Positions 43,001 through 55,973 of a stretch of DNA of 64,000 nucleotides are shown one piece after another. Numbering within the stretch: the stretch's first letter is position 1; each line of letters opens with the position of its first letter. This DNA comes from Nemertoderma westbladi (Eukaryota; Animalia; Xenacoelomorpha), in contig JAUCBJ010006506.1 of NCBI GenBank assembly GCA_032718475.1, positions 1 through 64,000 on the forward strand. Reading direction: 5' to 3'. The notes beneath the pieces were generated by a model. The model was not told the DNA's origin, ran no database searches, and saw only the letters and a program-made list of their open reading frames with translations. A program made the position numbers and the translations under genes.

Positions 43001-46000
43001 AAACAATAGTTCGTATTAACATAAAAAATAAATAGGTACCAATGGATAGAGAGAGGTCAAACAATAGTTCGTATTAACATAAAAAATAAATAGGTACCAA
43101 TGGATAGAGAGAGGTCAAACAATAGTTCGTATTAACATAAAAAATAAATAGGTACCAATGGATAGAGAGAGGTCAAACAATAGTTCGTATTAACATAAAA
43201 AATAAATAGGTACCAATGGATAGAGAGAGGTCAAACAATAGTTCGCATTAACCTAAAAAATAAATAGGTACCAATGGATAGAGAGAGGTCAAACAATAGT
43301 TCGCATTAACATAAAAAATAAATAGGTACCAATGGATAGAGAGAGGTCAAACAATAGTTCGCATTAACCTAAAAAATAAATAGGTACCAATGGATAGAGA
43401 GAGGTCAAACAATAGTTCGCATTAACATAAAAAATAAATAGGTACCAATGGATAGAGAGAGGTCAAACAATAGTTCGCATTAACCTAAAAAATAAATAGG
43501 TACCAATGGATAGAGAGAGGTCAAACAATAGTTCGTATTAACATAAAAAATAAATAGGTACCAATGGATAGAGAGAGATCAAACAATAGTTCGTATTAAC
43601 ATAAAAAATAAATAGGTAACAATTGAGGGAGAGGTCAAACAATAGTTCGCATTAACATAAAAAATAAATAGGTACCAATGGATAGAGAGAGGTCAAACAA
43701 TAGTTCGTATTAACCTAAAAAATAAATAGGTACCAATGGATAGAGAGATCAAACAATAGTTCGTATTAACCTAAAAAATAAATAGGTACCAATGGATAGA
43801 GAGAGGTCAAACAATAGTTCGTATTAACATAAAAAATAAATAGGTACCAATGGATAGAGAGAGGTCAAACAATAGTTCGTATTAACATAAAAAATAAATA
43901 GGTACCAATGGATAGAGAGGTCAAACAATAGTTCGTATTAACATAAAAAATAAATAGGTACCAATGGATAGAGAGAGGTCAAACAATAGTTCGCATTAAC
44001 CTAAAAAATAAATAGGTACCAATGGATAGAGAGAGGTCAAACAATAGTTCGTATTAACCTAAAAAATAAATAGGTAACAATTGAGGGAGAGGTCAAACAA
44101 TAGTTCGTATTAACATAAAAAATAAATAGGTACCAATGGATAGAGAGAGGTCAAACAATAGTTCGTATTAACATAAAAAATAAATAGGTACCAATGGATA
44201 GAGAGAGGTCAAACAATAGTTCGTATTAACCTAAAAAATAAATAGGTACCAATGGATAGAGAGAGGTCAAACAATAGTTCGTATTAACATAAAAAATAAA
44301 TAGGTACCAATGGATAGAGAGAGATCAAACAATAGTTCGTATTAACATAAAAAATAAATAGGTAACAATTGAGGGAGAGGTCAAACAATAGTTCGCATTA
44401 ACATAAAAAATAAATAGGTACCAATGGATAGAGAGAGGTCAAACAATAGTTCGTATTAACATAAAAAATAAATAGGTACCAATGGATAGAGAGAGGTCAA
44501 ACAATAGTTCGTATTAACATAAAAAATAAATAGGTACCAATGGATAGAGAGAGGTCAAACAATAGTTCGTATTAACATAAAAAATAAATAGGTACCAATG
44601 GATAGAGAGAGGTCAAACAATAGTTCGTATTAACATAAAAAATAAATAGGTACCAATGGATAGAGAGAGGTCAAACAATAGTTCGTATTAACCTAAAAAA
44701 TAAATAGGTACCAATGGATAGAGAGAGGTCAAACAATAGTTCGTATTAACATAAAAAATAAATAGGTACCAATGGATAGAGAGAGATCAAACAATAGTTC
44801 GTATTAACATAAAAAATAAATAGGTAACAATTGAGGGAGAGGTCAAACAATAGTTCGCATTAACATAAAAAATAAATAGGTACCAATGGATAGAGAGAGG
44901 TCAAACAATAGTTCGTATTAACATAAAAAATAAATAGGTACCAATGGATAGAGAGAGGTCAAACAATAGTTCGTATTAACATAAAAAATAAATAGGTACC
45001 AATGGATAGAGAGAGGTCAAACAATAGTTCGCATTAACATAAAAAATAAATAGGTACCAATGGATAGAGAGAGGTCAAACAATAGTTCGCATTAACATAA
45101 AAAATAAATAGGTACCAATGGATAGAGAGAGGTCAAACAATAGTTCGCATTAACATAAAAAATAAATAGGTACCAATGGATAGAGAGATCAAACAATAGT
45201 TCGCATTAACATAAAAAATAAATAGGTACCAATGGATAGAAAGAGGTCAAACAATAGTTCGCATTAACATAAAAAATAAATAGGTACCAATGGATAGAGA
45301 GAGGTCAAACAATAGTTCGCATTAACATAAAAAATAAATAGGTACCAATGGATAGAGAGATCAAACAATAGTTCGCATTAACATAAAAAATAAATAGGTA
45401 CCAATGGATAGAGAGAGGTCAAACAATAGTTCGTATTAACATAAAAAATAAATAGGTACCAATGGATAGAGAGAGGTCAAACAATAGTTCGTATTAACAT
45501 AAAAAATAAATAGGTACCAATGGATAGAGAGAGGTCAAACAATAGTTCGCATTAACCTAAAAAATAAATAGGTACCAATGGATAGAGAGAGGTCAAACAA
45601 TAGTTCGTATTAACCTAAAAAATAAATAGGTACCAATGGATAGAGAGAGGTCAAACAATAGTTCGTATTAACATAAAAAATAAATAGGTACCAATGGATA
45701 GAGAGAGATCAAACAATAGTTCGTATTAACATAAAAAATAAATAGGTACCAATGGATAGAGAGATCAAACAATAGTTCGCATTAACATAAAAAATAAATA
45801 GGTACCAATGGATAGAGAGAGGTCAAACAATAGTTCGTATTAACATAAAAAATAAATAGGTACCAATGGATAGAGAGAGGTCAAACAATAGTTCGTATTA
45901 ACATAAAAAATAAATAGGTACCAATGGATAGAGAGAGGTCAAACAATAGTTCGCATTAACCTAAAAAATAAATAGGTACCAATGGATAGAGAGAGGTCAA

Positions 46001-49000
46001 ACAATAGTTCGCATTAACATAAAAAATAAATAGGTACCAATGGATAGAGAGAGGTCAAACAATAGTTCGCATTAACCTAAAAAATAAATAGGTACCAATG
46101 GATAGAGAGAGGTCAAACAATAGTTCGTATTAACATAAAAAATAAATAGGTACCAATGGATAGAGAGAGGTCAAACAATAGTTCGTATTAACATAAAAAA
46201 TAAATAGGTACCAATGGATAGAGAGAGGTCAAACAATAGTTCGCATTAACCTAAAAAATAAATAGGTACCAATGGATAGAGAGAGGTCAAACAATAGTTC
46301 GCATTAACATAAAAAATAAATAGGTACCAATGGATAGAGAGAGGTCAAACAATAGTTCGCATTAACCTAAAAAATAAATAGGTACCAATGGATAGAGAGA
46401 GGTCAAACAATAGTTCGCATTAACATAAAAAATAAATAGGTACCAATGGATAGAGAGAGGTCAAACAATAGTTCGCATTAACATAAAAAATAAATAGGTA
46501 CCAATGGATAGAGAGATCAAACAATAGTTCGCATTAACATAAAAAATAAATAGGTACCAATGGATAGAGAGAGGTCAAACAATAGTTCGTATTAACATAA
46601 AAAATAAATAGGTACCAATGGATAGAGAGAGGTCAAACAATAGTTCGTATTAACATAAAAAATAAATAGGTACCAATGGATAGAGAGAGGTCAAACAATA
46701 GTTCGCATTAACCTAAAAAATAAATAGGTACCAATGGATAGAGAGAGGTCAAACAATAGTTCGCATTAACATAAAAAATAAATAGGTACCAATGGATAGA
46801 GAGAGGTCAAACAATAGTTCGCATTAACCTAAAAAATAAATAGGTACCAATGGATAGAGAGAGGTCAAACAATAGTTCGTATTAACATAAAAAATAAATA
46901 GGTACCAATGGATAGAGAGAGGTCAAACAATAGTTCGCATTAACCTAAAAAATAAATAGGTACCAATGGATAGAGAGAGGTCAAACAATAGTTCGCATTA
47001 ACATAAAAAATAAATAGGTACCAATGGATAGAGAGAGGTCAAACAATAGTTCGTATTAACATAAAAAATAAATAGGTACCAATGGATAGAGAGAGGTCAA
47101 ACAATAGTTCGCATTAACCTAAAAAATAAATAGGTACCAATGGATAGAGAGAGGTCAAACAATAGTTCGCATTAACATAAAAAATAAATAGGTACCAATG
47201 GATAGAGAGAGGTCAAACAATAGTTCGCATTAACCTAAAAAATAAATAGGTACCAATGGATAGAGAGAGGTCAAACAATAGTTCGTATTAACCTAAAAAA
47301 TAAATAGGTACCAATGGATAGAGAGAGGTCAAACAATAGTTCGTATTAACATAAAAAATAAATAGGTACCAATGGATAGAGAGAGGTCAAACAATAGTTC
47401 GTATTAACCTAAAAAATAAATAGGTACCAATGGATAGAGAGAGGTCAAACAATAGTTCGTATTAACATAAAAAATAAATAGGTACCAATGGATAGAGAGA
47501 GGTCAAACAATAGTTCGCATTAACCTAAAAAATAAATAGGTACCAATGGATAGAGAGAGGTCAAACAATAGTTCGCATTAACATAAAAAATAAATAGGTA
47601 CCAATGGATAGAGAGAGGTCAAACAATAGTTCGCATTAACCTAAAAAATAAATAGGTACCAATGGATAGAGAGAGGTCAAACAATAGTTCGCATTAACAT
47701 AAAAAATAAATAGGTACCAATGGATAGAGAGAGGTCAAACAATAGTTCGCATTAACATAAAAAATAAATAGGTACCAATGGATAGAGAGATCAAACAATA
47801 GTTCGCATTAACATAAAAAATAAATAGGTACCAATGGATAGAGAGAGGTCAAACAATAGTTCGTATTAACATAAAAAATAAATAGGTACCAATGGATAGA
47901 GAGAGGTCAAACAATAGTTCGTATTAACATAAAAAATAAATAGGTACCAATGGATAGAGAGAGGTCAAACAATAGTTCGCATTAACCTAAAAAATAAATA
48001 GGTACCAATGGATAGAGAGAGGTCAAACAATAGTTCGCATTAACATAAAAAATAAATAGGTACCAATGGATAGAGAGAGGTCAAACAATAGTTCGCATTA
48101 ACCTAAAAAATAAATAGGTACCAATGGATAGAGAGAGGTCAAACAATAGTTCGTATTAACATAAAAAATAAATAGGTACCAATGGATAGAGAGAGGTCAA
48201 ACAATAGTTCGCATTAACCTAAAAAATAAATAGGTACCAATGGATAGAGAGAGGTCAAACAATAGTTCGCATTAACATAAAAAATAAATAGGTACCAATG
48301 GATAGAGAGAGGTCAAACAATAGTTCGTATTAACATAAAAAATAAATAGGTACCAATGGATAGAGAGAGGTCAAACAATAGTTCGCATTAACCTAAAAAA
48401 TAAATAGGTACCAATGGATAGAGAGAGGTCAAACAATAGTTCGCATTAACATAAAAAATAAATAGGTACCAATGGATAGAGAGAGGTCAAACAATAGTTC
48501 GCATTAACCTAAAAAATAAATAGGTACCAATGGATAGAGAGAGGTCAAACAATAGTTCGTATTAACATAAAAAATAAATAGGTACCAATGGATAGAGAGA
48601 GATCAAACAATAGTTCGTATTAACATAAAAAATAAATAGGTAACAATTGAGGGAGAGGTCAAACAATAGTTCGCATTAACATAAAAAATAAATAGGTACC
48701 AATGGATAGAGAGAGGTCAAACAATAGTTCGCATTAACATAAAAAATAAATAGGTACCAATGGATAGAGAGAGGTCAAACAATAGTTCGCATTAACATAA
48801 AAAATAAATAGGTACCAATGGATAGAGAGAGGTCAAACAATAGTTCGTATTAACCTAAAAAATAAATAGGTACCAATGGATAGAGAGATCAAACAATAGT
48901 TCGTATTAACCTAAAAAATAAATAGGTACCAATGGATAGAGAGAGGTCAAACAATAGTTCGTATTAACATAAAAAATAAATAGGTACCAATGGATAGAGA

Positions 49001-52000
49001 GAGGTCAAACAATAGTTCGTATTAACATAAAAAATAAATAGGTACCAATGGATAGAGAGGTCAAACAATAGTTCGTATTAACATAAAAAATAAATAGGTA
49101 CCAATGGATAGAGAGAGGTCAAACAATAGTTCGCATTAACCTAAAAAATAAATAGGTACCAATGGATAGAGAGAGGTCAAACAATAGTTCGTATTAACCT
49201 AAAAAATAAATAGGTAACAATTGAGGGAGAGGTCAAACAATAGTTCGTATTAACATAAAAAATAAATAGGTACCAATGGATAGAGAGAGGTCAAACAATA
49301 GTTCGTATTAACATAAAAAATAAATAGGTACCAATGGATGGAGAGAGGTCAAACAATAGTTCGTATTAACATAAAAAATAAATAGTTACCAATGGATAGA
49401 GAGAGGTCAAACAATAGTTCGTATTAACATAAAAAATAAATAGGTACCAATGGATAGAGAGAGGTCAAACAATAGTTCGTATTAACATAAAAAATAAATA
49501 GGTACCAATGGATAGAGAGAGGTCAAACAATAGTTCGTATTAACATAAAAAATAAATAGTTACCAATGGATAGAGAGAGGTCAAACAATAGTTCGTATTA
49601 ACATAAAAAATAAATAGGTACCAATGGATAGAGAGAGGTCAAACAATAGTTCGTATTAACATAAAAAATAAATAGGTACCAATGGATAGAGAGATCAAAC
49701 AATAGTTCGTATTAACATAAAAAATAAATAGGTACCAATGGATAGAGAGAGGTCAAACAATAGTTCGTATTAACATAAAAAATAAATAGGTACCAATGGA
49801 TAGAGAGAGGTCAAACAATAGTTCGTATTAACCTAAAAAATAAATAGGTACCAATGGATAGAGAGAGGTCAAACAATAGTTCGTATTAACATAAAAAATA
49901 AATAGGTACCAATGGATAGAGAGAGATCAAACAATAGTTCGTATTAACATAAAAAATAAATAGGTAACAATTGAGGGAGAGGTCAAACAATAGTTCGCAT
50001 TAACATAAAAAATAAATAGGTACCAATGGATAGAGAGAGGTCAAACAATAGTTCGTATTAACCTAAAAAATAAATAGGTACCAATGGATAGAGAGAGGTC
50101 AAACAATAGTTCGTATTAACCTAAAAAATAAATAGGTAACAATTGAGGGAGAGGTCAAACAATAGTTCGTATTAACATAAAAAATAAATAGGTACCAATG
50201 GATAGAGAGAGGTCAAACAATAGTTCGTATTAACATAAAAAATAAATAGGTACCAATGGATAGAGAGAGGTCAAACAATAGTTCGTATTAACCTAAAAAA
50301 TAAATAGGTACCAATGGATAGAGAGAGGTCAAACAATAGTTCGTATTAACATAAAAAATAAATAGGTACCAATGGATAGAGAGAGGTCAAACAATAGTTC
50401 GTATTAACCTAAAAAATAAATAGGTACCAATGGATAGAGAGAGGTCAAACAATAGTTCGTATTAACCTAAAAAATAAATAGGTACCAATGGATAGAGAGA
50501 GGTCAAACAATAGTTCGTATTAACCTAAAAAATAAATAGGTACCAATGGATAGAGAGAGGTCAAACAATAGTTCGTATTAACATAAAAAATAAATAGGTA
50601 CCAATGGATAGAGAGAGGTCAAACAATAGTTCGTATTAACATAAAAAATAAATAGGTACCAATGGATAGAGAGAGGTCAAACAATAGTTCGTATTAACCT
50701 AAAAAATAAATAGGTACCAATGGATAGAGAGATCAAACAATAGTTCGTATTAACATAAAAAATAAATAGGTACCAATGGATAGAGAGAGGTCAAACAATA
50801 GTTCGCATTAACATAAAAAATAAATAGGTACCAATGGATAGAGAGATCAAACAATAGTTCGTATTAACCTAAAAAATAAATAGGTACCAATGGATAGAGA
50901 GAGGTCAAACAATAGTTCGTATTAACATAAAAAATAAATAGGTACCAATGGATAGAGAGAGATCAAACAATAGTTCGTATTAACATAAAAAATAAATAGG
51001 TACCAATGGATAGAGAGATCAAACAATAAATAGGTACCAATGGATAGAGAGATCAAACAATAGTTCGTATTAACATAAAAAATAAATAGGTAACAATGGA
51101 TAGAGAGAGATCAAACAATAGTTCGTATTAACATAAAAAATAAATAGGTACCAATGGATAGAGAGATCAAACAATAGTTCGTATTAACCTAAAAAATAAA
51201 TAGGTACCAATGGATAGAGAGATCAAACAATAGTTCGTATTAACATAAAAAATAAATAGGTACCAATGGATAGAGAGAGGTCAAACAATAGTTCGCATTA
51301 ACATAAAAAATAAATAGGTACCAATGGATAGAGAGATCAAACAATAGTTCGTATTAACATAAAAAATAAATAGGTACCAATGGATAGAGAGAGGTCAAAC
51401 AATAGTTCGTATTAACATAAAAAATAAATAGGTACCAATGGATAGAGAGAGGTCAAACAATAGTTCGTATTAACATAAAAAATAAATAGGTACCAATGGA
51501 TAGAGAGATCAAACAATAGTTCGTATTAACATAAAAAATAAATAGGTACCAATGGATAGAGAGAGGTCAAACAATAGTTCGTATTAACCTAAAAAATAAA
51601 TAGGTACCAATGGATAGAGAGAGGTCAAACAATAGTTCGTATTAACATAAAAAATAAATAGGTACCAATGGATAGAGAGAGGTCAAACAATAGTTCGTAT
51701 TAACATAAAAAATAAATAGGTACCAATGGATAGAGAGAGGTCAAACAATAGTTCGTATTAACATAAAAAATAAATAGGTACCAATGGATAGAGAGAGGTC
51801 AAACAATAGTTCGTAATAACATAAAAAATAAATAGGTACCAATGGATAGAGAGATCAAACAATAAATAGGTACCAATGGATAGAGAGAGGTCAAACAATA
51901 GTTCGCATTAACCTAAAAATTAAATAGGTACCAATGGATAGAGAGAGGTCAAACAATAGTTCGTATTAACATAAAAAATAAATAGGTACCAATGGATAGA

Positions 52001-55000
52001 GAGATCAAACAATAGTTCGTATTAACATAAAAAATAAATAGGTACCAATGGATAGAGAGATCAAACAATAGTTCGTATTAACATAAAAAATAAATAGGTA
52101 CCAATGGATAGAGAGAGGTCAAACAATAGTTCGCATTAACATAAAAAATAAATAGGTACCAATGGATAGAGAAATCAAACAATAGTTCGTATTAACATAA
52201 AAAATAAATAGGTACCAATGGATAGAGAGAGGTCAAACAATAGTTCGTATTAACATAAAAAATAAATAGGTACCAATGGATAGAGAGAGGTCAAACAATA
52301 GTTCGCATTAACCTAAAAATTAAATAGGTACCAATGGATAGAGAGAGGTCAAACAATAGTTCGTATTAACATAAAAAATAAATAGATACCAATGGATAGA
52401 GAGAGGTCAAACAATAGTTCGCATTAACATAAAAAATAAATAGGTACCAATGGATAGAGAGAGGTCAAACAATAGTTCGCATTAACATAAAAAATAAATA
52501 GGTACCAATGGATAGAGAGAGGTCAAACAATAGTTCGTATTAACATAAAAAATAAATAGGTACCAATGGATAGAGAGAGGTCAAACAATAGTTCGTATTA
52601 ACATAAAAAATAAATAGGTACCAATGGATAGAGAGAGGTCAAACAATAGTTCGTATTAACATAAAAAATAAATAGGTACCAATGGATAGAGAGATCAAAC
52701 AATAAATAGGTACCAATGGATAGAGAGAGGTCAAACAATAGTTCGTATTAACATAAAAAATAAATAGGTACCAATGGATAGAGAGATCAAAAAATAAATA
52801 GGTACCAATGGATAGAGAGAGATCAAACAATAGTTCGTATTAACATAAAAAATAAATAGGTACCAATGGATAGAGAGAGGTCAAACAATAGTTCGTATTA
52901 ACATAAAAAATAAATAGGTACCAATGGATAGAGAGATCAAACAATAAATAGGTACCAATGGATAGAGAGAGGTCAAACAATAGTTCGTATTAACATAAAA
53001 AATAAATAGGTACCAATGGATAGAGAGATCAAAAAATAAATAGGTACCAATGGATAGAGAGAGGTCAAACAATAGTTCGTATTAACATAAAAAATAAATA
53101 GGTACCAATGGATAGAGAGAGGTCAAACAATAGTTCGTATTAACATAAAAAATAAATAGGTACCAATGGATAGAGAGATCAAAAATTAAATAGGTACCAA
53201 TGGATAGAGAGAGGTCAAACAATAGTTCGTATTAACATAAAAAATAAATAGGTACCAATGGATAGAGAGAGGTCAAACAATAGTTCGCATTAACCTAAAA
53301 ATTAAATAGGTACCAATGGATAGAGAGATCAAACAATAGTTCGTATTAACATAAAAAATAAATAGGTACCAATGGATAGAGAGAGGTCAAACAATAGTTC
53401 GCATTAACATAAAAAATAAATAGGTACCAATGGATAGAGAGAGGTCAAACAATAGTTCGCATTAACCTAAAAATTAAATAGGTACCAATGGATAGAGAGA
53501 TCAAACAATAGTTCGTATTAACATAAAAAATAAATAGGTACCAATGGATAGAGAGAGGTCAAACAATAGTTCGTATTAACATAAAAAATAAATAGGTACC
53601 AATGGATAGAGAGAGGTCAAACAATAGTTCGCATTAACCTAAAAAATAAATAGGTACCAATGGATAGAGAGAGGTCAAAAAATAGTTCGTATTAACATAA
53701 AAAATAAATAGGTACCAATGAATAGAGAGAGGTCAAACAATAGTTCGCATTAACATAAAAAATAAATAGGTACCAATGGATAGAGAGAGGTCAAACAATA
53801 GTTCGTATTAACATAAAAAATAAATAGGTACCAATGGATAGAGAGAGGTCAAACAATAGTTCGCATTAACCTAAAAAATAAATAGGTACCAATGGATAGA
53901 GAGAGGTCAAACAATAGTTCGCATTAACCTAAAAAATAAATAGGTACCAATGGATAGAGAGAGGTCAAACAATAGTTCGCATTAACCTAAAAATTAAATA
54001 GGTACCAATGGATAGAGAGATCAAACAATAGTTCGTATTAACATAAAAAATAAATAGGTACCAATGGATAGAGAGATCAAACAATAGTTCGTATTAACAT
54101 AAAAAATAAATAGGTACCAATGGATAGAGAGATCAAACAATAAATAGGTACCAATGGATAGAGAGATCAAACAATAGTTCGTATTAACATAAAAAATAAA
54201 TAGGTACCAATGGATAGAGAGAGGTCAAACAATAGTTCGCATTAACCTAAAAAATAAATAGGTACCAATGGATAGAGAGAGGTCAAACAATAGTTCGCAT
54301 TAACCTAAAAAATAAATAGGTACCAATGGATAGAGAGAGGTCAAACAATAGTTCGCATTAACCTAAAAATTAAATAGGTACCAATGGATAGAGAGATCAA
54401 ACAATAGTTCGTATTAACATAAAAAATAAATAGGTACCAATGGATAGAGAGATCAAACAATAGTTCGTATTAACATAAAAAATAAATAGGTACCAATGGA
54501 TACAGGAGGTAAAACAATAGTTCGTATTAACATAAAAAATAAATAGGTACCAATGGATAGAGAGGTCAAACAATAGTTCGCATTAACCTAAAAAATAAAT
54601 AGGTACCAATGGATAGAGAGGTCAAACAATAGTTCGCATTAACCTAAAAAATAAATAGGTACCAATGGATAGAGAGGTCAAACAATAGTTCGTATTAACA
54701 TAAAAAATAAATAGGTACCAATGGATAGAGAGAGGTCAAACAATAGTTCGTATTAACATAAAAAATAAATAGGTACCAATGGATGGAGAGAGGTCAAACA
54801 ATAGTTCGTATTAACCTAAAAAATAAATAGGTACCAATGGATAGAGAGAGGTCAAACAATAGTTCGCATTAACATAAAAAATAAATAGGTACCAATGGAT
54901 AGAGAGAGGTCAAACAATAGTTCGCATTAACATAAAAAATAAATAGGTACCAATGGATAGAGAGAGGTCAAACAATAGTTCGTATTAACATAAAAAATAA

Positions 55001-55973
55001 ATAGGTAACAATGGATAGAGAGAGGTTAAACAATAGTTCGCATTAACATAAAAAATAAATAGGTACCAATGGATAGAGAGATCAAAAAATAAATAGGTAC
55101 CAATGGATAGAGAGAGATCAAACAATAGTTCGCATTAACATAAAAAATAAATAGGTACCAATGGATAGAGAGATCAAACAATAGTTCGCGTTAACATAAA
55201 AAATAAATAGTTACCAATGGATAGAGAGATCAAACAATAAATAGGTACCAATGGATAGAGAGGTCAAACAATAGTTCGCATTAACCTAAAAAATAAATAG
55301 GTACCAATGGATAGAGAGATCAAACAATAAATAGGTACCAATGGATAGAGAGAGGTCAAACAATAGTTCGCATTAACATAAAAAATAAATAGGTACCAAT
55401 GGATAGAGAGAGGTCAAACAATAGTTCGTATTAACATAAAAAATAAATAGGTACCAATGGATAGAGAGATCAAACAATAAATAGGTACCAATGGATAGAG
55501 AGAGGTCAAACAATAGTTCGCATTAACATAAAAAATAAATAGGTACCAATGGATAGAGAGATCAAACAATAAATAGGTACCAATGGATAGAGAGATCAAA
55601 CAATAAATAGGTACCAATGGATAGAGAGAGGTCAAACAATAGTTCGCATTAACATAAAAAATAAATAGGTACCAATGGATAGAGAGATCAAACAATAAAT
55701 AGGTACCAATGGATAGAGAGATCAAACAATAAATAGGTACCAATGGATAGAGAGGTCAAACAATAGTTCGCATTAACCTAAAAAATAAATAGGTACCAAT
55801 GGATAGAGAGATCAAACAATAAATAGGTACCAATGGATAGAGAGGTCAAACAATAGTTCGCATTAACCTAAAAAATAAATAGGTACCAATGGATAGAGAG
55901 GTCAAACAATAGTTCGCATTAACCTAAAAAATAAATAGGTACCAATGGATAGAGAGGTCAAACAATAGTTCGT

